Shown one piece after another: positions 47,540 through 59,380 of a stretch of 64,000 bases of DNA; within the stretch, counting starts at the first letter, position 1; each line of letters starts with the position of its first letter. Both the position numbers and the translations under genes were made by a program. Location of the stretch: NCBI RefSeq assembly GCF_030028105.1, contig NC_092382.1:19385792-19449791 (forward strand). The letters run 5' to 3'. The notes below the pieces were generated by a model. It was given only the letters and a program-made list of their open reading frames with translations, did not search any database and was not told the origin of the DNA. The stretch is from Mobula birostris. Taxonomy: Eukaryota.

Positions 47540-47990
47540 TTTTATACAGGATTAACAAAGAGGTTAGAGAGTATTTGTGATAGGGAATGCAATGAAGATT
47601 CGCCAGACTGATCCCTGGAGTGGTCGGGTCATCATGTGAAGAAAGATCAAGCGCGATAAGCCTTTAATTTAGAGAACCGAGGATGAAGGAGTGAACACAT
47701 TGAAATGCACAGCATCATTAGCGGTTGAACCAATGGAAAAAGGGGCTGTCCGGGACTGAGATGAAGGGAAATGTCTCCACTTCGAGGATGGTGAATGAGT
47801 GTAAATCCCCACCACAGAAGGCAGTAAAGGTTCATGATCATCCTCACATAAAACAGAGGCCGGCAGATGTGTGGAGACCGAAGGGATCGAGGAAATGAGG
47901 ATTGGACAGAAACATGTGGCTGAGATGGGAGCGCAGTCGCCATCTTGTTGATCGCTCGATGGGCTGAATGGCCACCTCCTGCTGTGTCTC
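47540..47990 (+). mobile_element. Old CR1 3' fragment
   Basis: Decayed RFARLIPG... and 3' UTR GATGGGCTGAATGGCCACCTCCTGCT. Confidence 0.55.
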
Positions 47991-48739
47991 ACTTGGTGAA
48001 GGTAAACTTTCACTGTCCAGTGAGCCCGGGGGAATGCGATTAGAAGTTAGTGTTTGTAAACATTGGACTGATTTGATTGGAACCTGCACATTTCCTGTCT
48101 GGGTGTAAACTGCATGGTGGACTGGTATGGGGACTGAACCCAGAAATCAATGCCCTAAGGAAGGAGAAAGGGAAAAGGTACGGAGGAATAATTTAAAAAT
48201 GTAACTGGTGTAAATATGAAATAATGTGGAAAATGCGGCAGGTGGGTCATGCAGCGTATGAGGGGTGAGGAGCAGACTCACCGGTTTAGGAGGGAGACCT
48301 TCAGCACGTCACTCGATCCCGCTCCATTTTCTCATTTTACCGCAGATCTGCGGCATCTGCGGGTTCGTTTCTCGTGGTTGTGCATTTCAATCTTTCTTCC
48401 GTTCAGACAAGGCTATGAGATCCAGATCTCTCACGTCCTTTCGCTGTGGGTGGGCATTTTTTTTTTCTTGACTCATTTCAATGTTACGAGCTGCGGTGCA
48501 TCTAATGTTCTCCAATGTACGACAGTATGTATGGGATAATTAAGCCTTTTCCATTGATCTGTGTGTCTCAAAAATGTGTACACTTTTCAAAGCTACAAAC
48601 AAGGTTGTCTAATATTTCCACAAAATTAAAATGGGGGATCGGTTTACTGCTATTATTATTTTTTTTAAAATTTTTGAACGACCCTATGCTCTGTGGTCTA
48701 TGCTCTATGCTGTCCCTTCTAATCTCTTTACTCTGCCTA

Positions 48740-48899
48740 CAAAACCCCCGCCCCGGCTCTGAAGACGCGGAGCTCACATTGCGCATGCTCAGTTTCGGAT
48801 GTTGGGTGGCTGCCTTTCCGTTCTGTGTTGAAGCGGAACGTCGCGGGGAGACGGGGGAAGGATTGTTGTCTGCGAGGTTAATACATCAAGTTCCCATCG
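48740..48899 (+). promoter_or_regulatory. Paralogous promoter and non-coding first exon, inverted relative to the NLR promoter
   Basis: 48810-48905 aligns to the reverse complement of 33160-33255; GC box CCCCGCCCC, NRF1-like TGCGCATGCTC, CCCATCG|GTGAGG donor at 48900. Confidence 0.6.
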
Positions 48900-49650
48900 G
48901 TGAGGATTTGATGCCGTTCCGAGCGGGCATGTTCGAATCCCGTTAACTCACCCGAACTGGGGATCGGTCTGGGTTCCCGGAGAGAACCTGCCGGGGTCGA
49001 TCCGGGCTGTGTGGCCTTCACACCGAACCGTCTGAGATGAGCCGTCGCTCAGTCCCTGCTGCTTTAGCCCGAAGAAAGGGTAAGGTGCTGATGCCGGGAC
49101 TGCACTCATCCGTTGAGTTGTACCTCCATCACCCCGCGCGGTATCAGATCCAAACTTCGCCTGGTACGATGCCTGGGGTCAATAACTGTTTTAGATAATT
49201 CAGGGCACGGGAAGCGGCCATTCGGCCTGTTGTGTTCTTGCAGCCGGAGGTTAAACGGAGTAATCGCATTTGCGGGACACTGCTCCGTGTCTATGAGTAG
49301 TTTTATCTTTCGTCAGTTCAGACAGGGCAGTGAGATCGAATTTGTGACGTTCCCTCTTTTTGTGTGGGCAATTTTTTTCTTGACTCCATTCCACAGTTAC
49401 GACCCGCCGAAGCGCAGCGAACATTTCCGAGTATATAACCGTTTTCATGCGATAATTAGGCCTTTTCCATTTGTCTCTTCCTCAAAAATTTGTACACTTC
49501 GGTGAAATCGCCCTCCCGAAGTTCCAGAGCTGAAGCTTAGTCTGTGTAATATTTCCACACAATTAAATGGGGAATGGTTTATTATTGTCATATACCGCCG
49601 TACAGTGAAAATCTTGTCTTGCATACCACCCACACTGATCAATACAAGAG

Positions 49651-49976
49651 CACCAGGCGTGATTGATAAGTTCGTGGCCTAAGATAGGCGGAGACAATTT
49701 TAGAAAACTTAGCACTTTAATTTTTCAACATAGCCCCCTCCTATTTTACACACTTAGACTGTTGGTCGTGGAGCATACGGATCTTGGACCTCCAGAAAGT
49801 GCCGACAGCATGTTTGATTGATAAGTTCGTGGCCTAGGGTAGACGGGGATGAGTTATACAGCTCTCGTTACAGGCATGTGCAGGTCAACTCTTTGAGTGA
49901 TTATGCAGAAAGTTTGAAGTTAATAATTCATTTCCTTCTACCTTAGACCACACGAACTTATCAGTCACCCCTAGTA
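49651..49976. mobile_element. Tc1/mariner-type MITE
   Basis: Terminal inverted repeats GTGATTGATAAGTTCGTGGCCTAAG ... CTTAGACCACACGAACTTATCAGTCAC, ending in TA; an extra internal TIR copy at about 49814. Confidence 0.7.
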
Positions 49977-49979
49977 TAT

Positions 49980-50400
49980 TAGGTAAAACATTAACAGAGT
50001 TTAACAAAGCTTTATGGGTACAGAGAAAGTGTACTGCAGGTAAACATATGATGCAGATTCACATGGAGTTACATCGTACCGTGCTGAGAAATATTCAGTT
50101 GACTCATTACAATGGAATGGAAGCCGTCCTTCAGCCTGGTGGTGTGCTTTCTGTTTCCTTTCAATCTTCAATCCGATGGGTAGTTGAAATTGAGAATGTC
50201 CAGGGTTCTGGGAATCTTCGATTATGTTTCCTGATTCACTGAGGCAGTGGGAAGTATATAGAGAGTCCATGGAAAGGAGGCTAGTTTCTGTGGCGCGCTC
50301 AGCTGTGACCACAGTTATCTGCTCCTTCCTGCAGTCAAACGCAGAGCAGTAGCCGTAGGAAGTTGTGAAGTATCCGGATGGGATACTTTCTGTGGTGCGT
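49980..50400 (-). mobile_element. Rex1/Babar 3' fragment
   Basis: LLSMDSLYTSHCLSESGNIIEDSQNPGHSQFQL. Confidence 0.6.
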
Positions 50401-50731
50401 TCAGGGGCAAAGGGTGCATGCGAACGTTCTTGTTGTTTGCTATAGCTTTGACATTTTAGGATTATATATATATAGTATGTACTATTAATTCAGTATCTGT
50501 GTAAAGCTGGAGGACCATCAGTGATTGTCATTGATCCCTTCTCCCAGCTAGTTCTATTTGACCATTCCGTGCCATTTTATTCAAAATCTGTCCAGCCTGT
50601 ATCTCACCACGTCACTGATATATGTCAACCATCTTTCTTCTAAGCCTTGTCTCATTCTGAAGTATTGTACTGCATTTTTACCTCACTGAGCTTACAAGGA
50701 GCTGTGTTTTGTTCGGTTAATTGATGTTTAA

Positions 50732-53112
50732 CATAGAAACATAGAAAATAGGTGCAGGAGTAGGCCATTCGGCCCTTCGAGCCTGCACCACCATTTATTA
50801 TGATCATGGCTGATCATCCAACTCAGAACCCTGCCCCAGCCTTCCCTCCATACCCCCTGACCCCCGTAGCCACAAGAGCCATATCTAACTCCCTCTTAAA
50901 TATAGCCAATGAACTGGCCTCAACTGTTTCCTGTGGCAGAGAATTCCACAGATTCACCACTCTCTGTGTGAAGAAGTTTTTCCTAATCTCGGTCCTAAAA
51001 GGCTTCCCCTCTATCCTCAAACTGTGGCCCCTCGTTCTGGACTTCCCCAACGTCGGGAACAATCTTCCTGCATCTAGCCTGTCCAATCCCTTTAGGATCT
51101 TATACGTTTCAATCAGATCCCCCCTCAATCTTCTAAATTCCAACGAGTACAAGCCCAGTTCATCCAGTCTTTCTTCATATGAAATTCCTGCCATCCCAGG
51201 AATCAATCTGGTGAACCTTCTTTGCACTCCCTCTACGGCAAGGATGTCTTTCCTCAGATTAGGGGACCAAAACTGCACACAATACTCCAGGTGTGGTCTC
51301 ACCGAGGCCTTGTACAACTGCAGTAGTATCTCCCTGCTCCTGTACTCGAATCCTCTCGCTATAAATGCCAGCATACCATTCGCCTTTTTCACCGCCTGCT
51401 GTACCTGCATGCCCACTTTCAATGACTGGTGTATAATGACACCCAGGTCTCCTTGCACCTCCCTTTTTCCTAATTGGCCACCATTCAGATAATAATCTGT
51501 TTTCCTATTTTTGCCACCAAAGTGGATAACTTCACATTTATCCACATTAAATTGCATCTGCCATGAACTCACCCAACCTATCCAAGTCACCCTGCATCCT
51601 CTTAGCATCCTCCTCACAGCTAACACTGCCACCCAGCTTCATGTCATTCGCAAACTTGGAGATGCTGCATTTAATTCCCTCATCCAAGTCATTAATATAT
51701 ATTGTAAACAACTGGGGTCCCAGCACTGAGCCTTGCGGTACCCCACTAGTCACCGCCTGCCATTCTGAAAAGGTCCCATTTATTCCCACTCTTTGCTTCC
51801 TGTCTGCTAACCAATTCTCCACCCACACCAATACCTTACCCCGAATACTGTGTGCTTTAAGTTTGCACACTAATCTCCTGTGTGGGACCTTGTCAAAAGC
51901 CTTCTGAAAATCCAAATATACCACATCCACTGGTTCTCCCCTATCCACTCTACTAGTTACATCCTCAAAAAATTCTATGAGATTCGTCAGACATGATTTT
52001 CCCTTCACAAATCCATGCTGACTTTGTCCGATCATTTCACCGCTTTCCAAATGTGCTGTTATCACATCCTTGATAACTGACTCCAGCAGTTTCCCCACCA
52101 CCGACGTTAGGCTAACCGGTCTATAATTCCCCGGTTTCTCTCTCCCTCCTTTTTCAAAAAGTGGAGTTACATTAGCCACCCTCCAATCCTCAGGAACTAG
52201 TCCAGAATCTAATGAGTTTTGAAAAATTATCACTAATGCATCCACTATTTCTTGGGCTACTTCCTTAAGCACTCTAGGATGCAGACCATCTGGCCCTGGG
52301 GATTTATTTGCCTTCAATCCCTTCAATTTACCTAACACCACATCCCGACTAACACGTATTTCGCTCAGTTCCTCCATCTCACTGGACCCTCTGTCCCCTA
52401 CTATTTCTGGAAGATTATTTATGTCCTCCTTAGTGAAGACAGAACCAAAGTAATTACTCAATTGGTCTGCCATGTCCTTGCTCCCCATAATCAATTCACC
52501 TGTTTCTGTCTGCAGGGGACCTACATTTGTCTTTACCAGTCTTTTCCTTTTTACATATCTATAAAAGCTTTTACAGTCCGTTTTTATGTTCCCTGCCAGT
52601 TTTCTCTCATAATCTTTTTTCCCTTTCCTAATTAAGCCCTTTGTCCTCCTCTGCTGAACTCTAAATTTCTCCCAGTCCTCAGGTGAGCCACTTTCTCTGG
52701 CTAATTTGTATGCTTCTTCTTTGGAATTGATACTAACCCTAATTTCTCTTGTCAGCCACGGGTGCACTACCTTCCTTGATTTATTCTTTTGCCAAACTGG
52801 GATGAACAATTGTTGTAGTTCATCCATGCAACCTTTAAATGCTTGCCATTGCATATCCACTGTCAATCCTTTAAGTGTCATTTGCCAGTCTATCTTAGCT
52901 AATTCATGTCTCATACCTTCAAAGTTACCCCTCTTTAAGTTCAGAACCTTTGTTTCTGAATTAACTATGTCACTCTCCATCTTAATGAAGAATTCCACCA
53001 TATTATGGTCACTCTTACCCAAGGGGCCTCTCACGACAAGATTGCTAATTAACCCTTCCTCATTGCTCAAAACCCAGTCCAGAATAGCCTGCTCTCTAGT
53101 TGGTTCCTCGAC
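50732..53112 (-). mobile_element. Young 5'-truncated CR1 LINE, same subfamily as 20806-22076
   Basis: Long ORF2 segment [16 protein letters not shown]...[10 protein letters not shown]...[12 protein letters not shown]...SKFANDMK; an 8-nt deletion near 51566 shifts the frame; probable TSD ATGTTTAA at 50724-50731 and 53113-53120. Confidence 0.93.
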
Positions 53113-53129
53113 ATGTTTAATTGAACACA

Positions 53130-53445
53130 GCACGAGGCAGGGTAAACACAACCATTAAGTCAATAAATTCTAGTTTCACTGTTACAAAATGGCTGCAGTG
53201 CTAACTTTTGTCACAATTGAAACTCAGAGCATATTATATTGAGTTTGTTGTTTCCTTTCTCGATTATTTTTGGCGAGCCACTTCCTCCGTTTCCAGGGTA
53301 ACAGCCCTGCGGAGCTGCAAGAAGTGCTGCACATTTTTATCACTCTGTGGTCACCGCTTCTTAGCGTAGAGACAGTGCCCTCAGGAGCAACTGCAACAGA
53401 ATGATAGTGGGAGGAAACGATGCTGTGAGCATTGACTGTATGGGA
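53130..53445 (+). promoter_or_regulatory. Conserved module, copy 3
   Basis: CACTTCCTCC-GTTTCCAGGGTAAC at 53279-53302, identical to the reverse complement of copy 1; CAAAATGGCTG at 53185. Confidence 0.45.
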
Positions 53446-54869
53446 TGTATTACACAAGAGTAGGAATGAACTGAGAACTAACAAATCGGTGGGGGTGGGT
53501 CTGGCATTACACTATTCCGTTGAACAGTTTTGGGATCCCCAAACGTTTTGCAGTCAGACAATATCTGTGCAGTAAAACAGAGAGAAAGGAAAAAAGACAA
53601 TGTACTTTTGCAAGAGTCTTAAAGTAAGATGGACCATCAGGTTCATTTCTCCTTAGTTTGTGAATCGGAACTGCCAGCAACACCACGGCAAATCGCTGAT
53701 GCCAAAGCGTCAGTGGGCAGTGCTTGTGCAGGTTATAATATTGGGATGGAGTCTCTGAGAATGTGGAACGGACAGTATATTGGTAATTCTACAGCTGGAA
53801 TTGAAATGCCTACAGTCTGCAGTGACGCTGAAGATCGGGGCAATTGGACGTTGGTTGTGGGGAAATCACTGACTACCCCAGCCAGTGAGATGTCAGGTCT
53901 GTCAAACATTTTTTAGTTTTACAAATACATAACTATTTTGACCGAGCTCGATGACAGTAAGCGGAGGGCGATGATTGAAGATGGATTGAGCAAATAGAGG
54001 CTTGTGAGAAGTGTGATGGGTGTGTCAGTAATGATAGTGGGAGGAAAGGATGCTGTGAGCATTGACTGTATGGAATGTATTACAGCAGGGTCGGAATGAA
54101 CTGATATCCAACCAATTGGTGGGGGTGGTGATTGAATTTCCACAAACCTGTTGAACAGTTTTGGGGTGTCCCAAGCATTTTGCAATTTTAATATCCGTGC
54201 GTTAAAATAGAGAGAAAATACTATTGTTGCAGGAAATGTAAAGAAAGAAGAGAAAATACTGGAGTCGCTCAGCAGATCTTCAGCATCTTGGACGGCCCCA
54301 GATCTCAAACTGGGTCTTCCGCCATTTCTCCATTCACAGATGTAGCCTGACTTCCCAATATCTTATATTTTACAATGTTACATTGAAAGCATTTCGTTCC
54401 AGCTACCCTGAGGAAGACATAGCAGCCACCGTGCTGAGCAGGATCCCACTCAGGAATAAGATAGAGAACAAATGAGCTCCAGTTAGCTGCTGGGGATAAG
54501 TGGGTGCATCCGCATCCTCTCACAATCTACAGACCGGTGAACCAGCCTGAGCCCCGGCCCAGGAAGAGCGTCGTTAGGTACCCGTTCCATCTTAATTTGT
54601 GCATCAGGGAAATCACGGCACATCGCCGGCAGCAAAGCGTCCCAGGGTAGTCTGTGCGGGTTACAACATTGGAATGGAGTCTCTGAGATTATAGAACTGG
54701 CGGTATACGGGCTCTACTCTAGGTTGGTCAGCTGGGTTGGAATTTCCTCAGATTGAAGCGAAAAGGGTGATCGGAGAGTTTGGACTTTGGTTGTGGGGAA
54801 ATCACCAATTATACCAACCAGTGGAACCTAGCCTGCCAAGTATTTCGATGTTTTAGAAAGAGATAACAA

Positions 54870-55605
54870 TTTTGACCCGGCTCGATGTCAGAGAACACAG
54901 GATGATAACTGATGATGGATTTAGTGAATGAAGGCTTGTGACGACGATGAAGCGTGTGTCGGTATTGAGATACATTACTCATGACATTGACTTGTTTATG
55001 AATGTACATGGCACGGTTAGCAAGTCTGCTACTAAGTTAGGGAGTCTTGTTGATATTGCAACATGTTATAATGCATTTCAAAGAGATGTTAGTCAGTTAT
55101 GGAGATAGACTGAGAAATTGCAAATGGTTTTCAACTTGGACAAGTAAAAGATGGTGCATTTTGGACAATGAAACCATCGTGGTCCTGTTATGCTGAATGG
55201 AGGGTCACCGAGTGACGTGGAACAGAGCGAGCTGGGATTACAAGGGTAAAGTTCTCTGAAAGCGGATGTGCAAGTATAGAGGGTGGAAAAGAAGGCTTTA
55301 ATCATGCTGGCCTTCATCAGTCAGGCATTGAGTTTTGGATTACAGACATTATATTGCAGTTATATAAATAGCTAGTGAGGATACACCAAGCAATCTGTAC
55401 AGTTGTGTTCACCCTATTGTAGGACAGATATTATCAATCTGGAGAGGGTGCAGAAGAGATTATTGAGGATGCTACCTGGACTAGAGGGCCTAGTTATAGG
55501 GAGAGGCTGGCCGAGCTGGATCTTCATTCCACGGAGCACAGGAGAATTTGGGTGACATTGTATGTTTATAAAATCAAGAGGGAGAATGAAGTCGATAACC
55601 ATCTC
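54870..55605 (+). mobile_element. Old CR1 fragment shared with 29400-29770
   Basis: Aligns to the reverse complement of 29430-29770 and extends further 3'. Confidence 0.65.
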
Positions 55606-56345
55606 CTTTGTCTTGCTGACATTGGGAAAGAGGTTATGTGACTGTTTTCTCTGTCTGACATATCGTTATTGTTACTGATGAGCCTCATTGCACAGTGCCA
55701 TCGGTGATTTTATTTTTCAATGTGGCTATTGGGTGTTTGGCTAAACAGACACGTGTGAGCAGAGTGTACACAATGGGCTCAGCTCACAGCCGAGTTCAGG
55801 ATAATGGGAAGGGACGAGCGGTTGTGCAATCTGACTGTCTGCGGTCTGGTGGCTGGGAAGCCTAGCATCCAGTTGCGCAGTGGTGTAATTAGATGGCTGA
55901 GAAGTAATTTGTTCACCAAAGTCTGTGGGACAATGGTGTCACATGCCGAACTGAAATTCAGAAACAGCATTCTGACACAAGTGTCCCTGTTTTCTATGTG
56001 TGTCAGGCCAAGAGGAATGACAAACGTTATGGCATCTGCCCTGGAGAGATTCTGTCGGTAAGTTTATTGGTGAGTGCCCAGTGAGCAAGGATCGGAGTTT
56101 TTGATATGTGCCGTTATCAGGCGTTCAAAGCACTTAATGCTGATGGGCGTCAAGTCCACTGGGCAGTAGTCGTTTTGTTCTGAGTGTGGAGAGCTCTTTG
56201 GTACAGGGATGATGGTGGCTGATTTGAAGCATGAGGGAACAGCAGCCTGGATGAGTGAAGTGTTGGCGATGGCTGTGAAGACATCAATGCGCTGATGTGC
56301 AGACTGTATGCGAGCTCAGCCTGGATGTCTTCTGGCCCGGCACCC
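55606..56345 (-). mobile_element. Rex1/Babar RT fragment
   Basis: MLFLNFSSACDTIVPQTLVNKL...NWMLGF.ATRPQTVR; upstream NDYCPVDLTPISIKCFERL. Confidence 0.7.
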
Positions 56346-56879
56346 CTGCAGAGTCCGTATTACGTCTGCTATTACAGACATTGACTGCTCAGCTCACAGG
56401 GAGTAATTTTCGTGTCTGGTTTGTGTTGTGCCTCGAAGAATGTTTAGAGCACCAGGGAGGGAACGTTACTAGTACGGTTAAGGATATTTTCCCCTTATTT
56501 ATTCTGTAAAGCCCTTGATGCCTAGCCACATACACCAGGGTTCGTTGCCCAGGGTTGGGAGTTTGATCGAAGGGACCTGAGAGTTAATCTCAATACACAG
56601 AGCGAATGAGAACCTGGAATGAGTTATCCAGTGTTTTCATCGTTGGTTATCTACATCGGGTTCAGTATTCTCTCCGTGTTTGGAAATTCCTACTTATTCT
56701 CACCTGCCTGTGAGCAGCTGGAAATTAAAAAAACACTCAAGATGCTGGAGACCTGAAATCAAATCAGAAATTGTTCAAAGCCATTCCAACACAGGGTGGT
56801 AGACCGGAAAAATTATCTTTCGACTGATTACCTGTTGAGGTTTTATTTCATTTCTAGCTTTTTAGCACATTGCTTTGGA

Positions 56880-57480
56880 ATGATTGAAGTCTCTTGGGAA
56901 ACAGAGTTGTGTGGAACTGGGAAATTGGATTGAAAACTATCAGATGGAATTTAATACAGATAAGTGAGGGGTGTTACATTTTGGCAGGGAAAACGAGGCT
57001 ATGATTTACTGATTGAGTGGTAGGAGGTCTGGGATGTGGGACAAAACAAATTGACATTGGAACACAGATCCATAATTACTTTAAGGTAGCAGAAGAGTCA
57101 GACAGTGTCTTAAAGAGATCCCAGGTTGGAAGCCCCTGCTGGAGATATACAAAAGTATTGTAGTATAAACAGCATGAATGCAGGTAGGCGTTTGCCCATC
57201 AGGTCGGTTGAGGTCATGGATTTAGGGCAAAAAGTGACACATTTAAGGGGAATCTGAGGGGGAACTACTTCATTCAGAGGGTGGTGCGAATGTGGAAACA
57301 GCTCCCAGCCGAATGAGCAATGAAGGTTGAATTGTAGTATTTGAGAGATGTTTGGGTAGGTGCATGGATGAGGGAGATATAGAGGGCTATGGTCTGGGTG
57401 CAGGGGGATTGGACCACACCGAACATGGCACAGACTGGATGGGTTAATAGTCCTGCCTGTGCTGTAAGGGCTCTCTGAAT
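56880..57480 (+). mobile_element. Old CR1 3' fragment
   Basis: QMEFNTDK..VLHFGR and FIQRVVRMWKQLP remnants. Confidence 0.55.
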
Positions 57481-57624
57481 CTCAGTTGAAACATCTACAC
57501 ATAATCGACATCTGTTGCAGACGGATCGTATCCAACAACGTGCTTTTATTTTGGACCAGCGTCTGCGCAGCTGGAAGTTCTGCAGAGTTGGAACTAGCAG
57601 AAGATTAGCTGAATGCACCTCGAC

Positions 57625-57910
57625 AGGGTCAATACAACCGCTGGAATTTTAGTTTCATCGTTACAAAATGGCTGAATGTTCAGTTCATCTTTGCTAGAAT
57701 GAAACTCAGATCATGTCACATTGCGTGTGTTATTTCCTTTCTCGGTTACCTTTGCGAGCCACTTCCTCCGTCGCCAGGGCAACAGCTCACCAGAGCTGCA
57801 AGGAGAGTTGAACATCTTTATTGCTCTCTGGTTACTGACTCTCAGCGGAGAGAGAGTGGCCTCAGCAGCCGGTGCTGATACGAGGATGCTTTGAGCATTA
57901 ACTGTGCCGG
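57625..57910 (+). promoter_or_regulatory. Conserved module, copy 4
   Basis: CACTTCCTCC-GTCGCCAGGGCAAC at 57760-57783; CAAAATGGCTG at 57664. Confidence 0.45.
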
Positions 57911-58934
57911 ATGGATGATGTCTGTGTTGGAATGAAGAAACAACTAATGATTGTAGGGATTGCATTTGTGCAATTCTGTTCAGTGTGTCAAACATCTTAT
58001 AGTCAGTCAGTGTTTTGGGCATCGAAAGAACAAAAAAATCTCCAGTGCTCAGTTTCCAGTGCTATATTTTCAATTTTATATTTAAAACACTTTGTTCCTG
58101 TTACACTACGGGGAAAGTGCCAGCTAATTGAGCTGGGCTATACTGCACTCAAGAATAAAATAATGAGCAAATGTGCTCAATGTAACTGAGTTGAAATGTA
58201 ACAAAACCCTCTTTGTAACCCAAGGCCTATGTTTTCCGTCTGATCCCCGTCCAGACAAAGGATCATCAGGCTCCAGTTCTGTCATGGGTTGATGTCGGAG
58301 GGTAAATTTTAGAACTGGGATTAGCTGAGACACTGCCACATATTACCGCCAGCAAAGAGCCCTGGGAGGGTTGGTGCTTGAGATATAATCCTGCGATGGG
58401 GGCTCCAGGAATATGGAACTGGTAGTGTTTGGGCTTCGGTCTACGTTGGTGCTTTTACAGATGCGGCTGGATGTCCCTGCTTCCGCGGTGAAGCAGACGT
58501 CTCCGGGGACTGGATATTGTAGCGTGAGTTTCTGAGTGTGAGATGTGGAAACACTCTGTGTGAGATGTGGAAAAGATGTGCGAGGCTCTCGGTGGGGGCT
58601 TTGACCCACTGAGGTTGGATCCTGGGACATCACACATGTTTTCACCCAGATAAAATGAATCAGGGGATCAAGTTGTCCGGGTTTATGAGATGTTGAGCGA
58701 GTATTTCTGTTCTGTGCTCAGATGTTTGGTTCTGAAGTTCCTTTGGACACAAAGCAGAGAATGAGTTCACATTCCATCCCTCGCAGGGAGTGGCTGTGAT
58801 TAATACACTATTTTGTGTTTGCCCCAGTAGAAATAGACCGGGGTTTCAGAATTCAATTCACTTTTGGAAATTCCCCCTCACTGTCAACTGTCTATCTGCC
58901 AGTGGGAGTCAAAGGGAAACTCAAGATGCTGAAG

Positions 58935-59380
58935 ATAGAACAGAACATGGAACAGTACATCACAGGAACAGGCGCATCGGCCACAATGGTGTGCCAAACC
59001 AGATAAAAAGTAAATCAACCCCCACCCCAAAAAAAATAATGACACCTACGTACACAATGTCCATATCTTCTCAATCTTCCTCACACCCATGTGCCTACCT
59101 AAACATCTCTTAATAGCCTCCAATGTGTTGGCTTCCACCACCATAACAGACAATGCATTCCAGGCATCCACACCTCTCTGAGTAGAAAAACTTACCCTAA
59201 CATTTCCTTTGCAACTACTCCCTCACACCTTCATTGCATGTCCTCTGGTATTAGACATTTCTAACCAGCGAAAGTATGTTCCCTGTCTACTCTATCTGTG
59301 CCTATCGTAATCTTATAAACCTCCATCCGATCTTCCCTCAGTCCCTACCACTCCATGGAGAACAACCCAAGATTTTCCAC
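58935..59380 (-). mobile_element. Old CR1 3' end
   Basis: Reverse complement reads FSTQR.VDAWNALS plus a CR1-type 3' UTR. Confidence 0.6.

Noticed and set aside
50800-51492. 230-aa plus-strand ORF (and 21047-21571)
   Set aside because: Antisense shadow of the CR1 RT frame.
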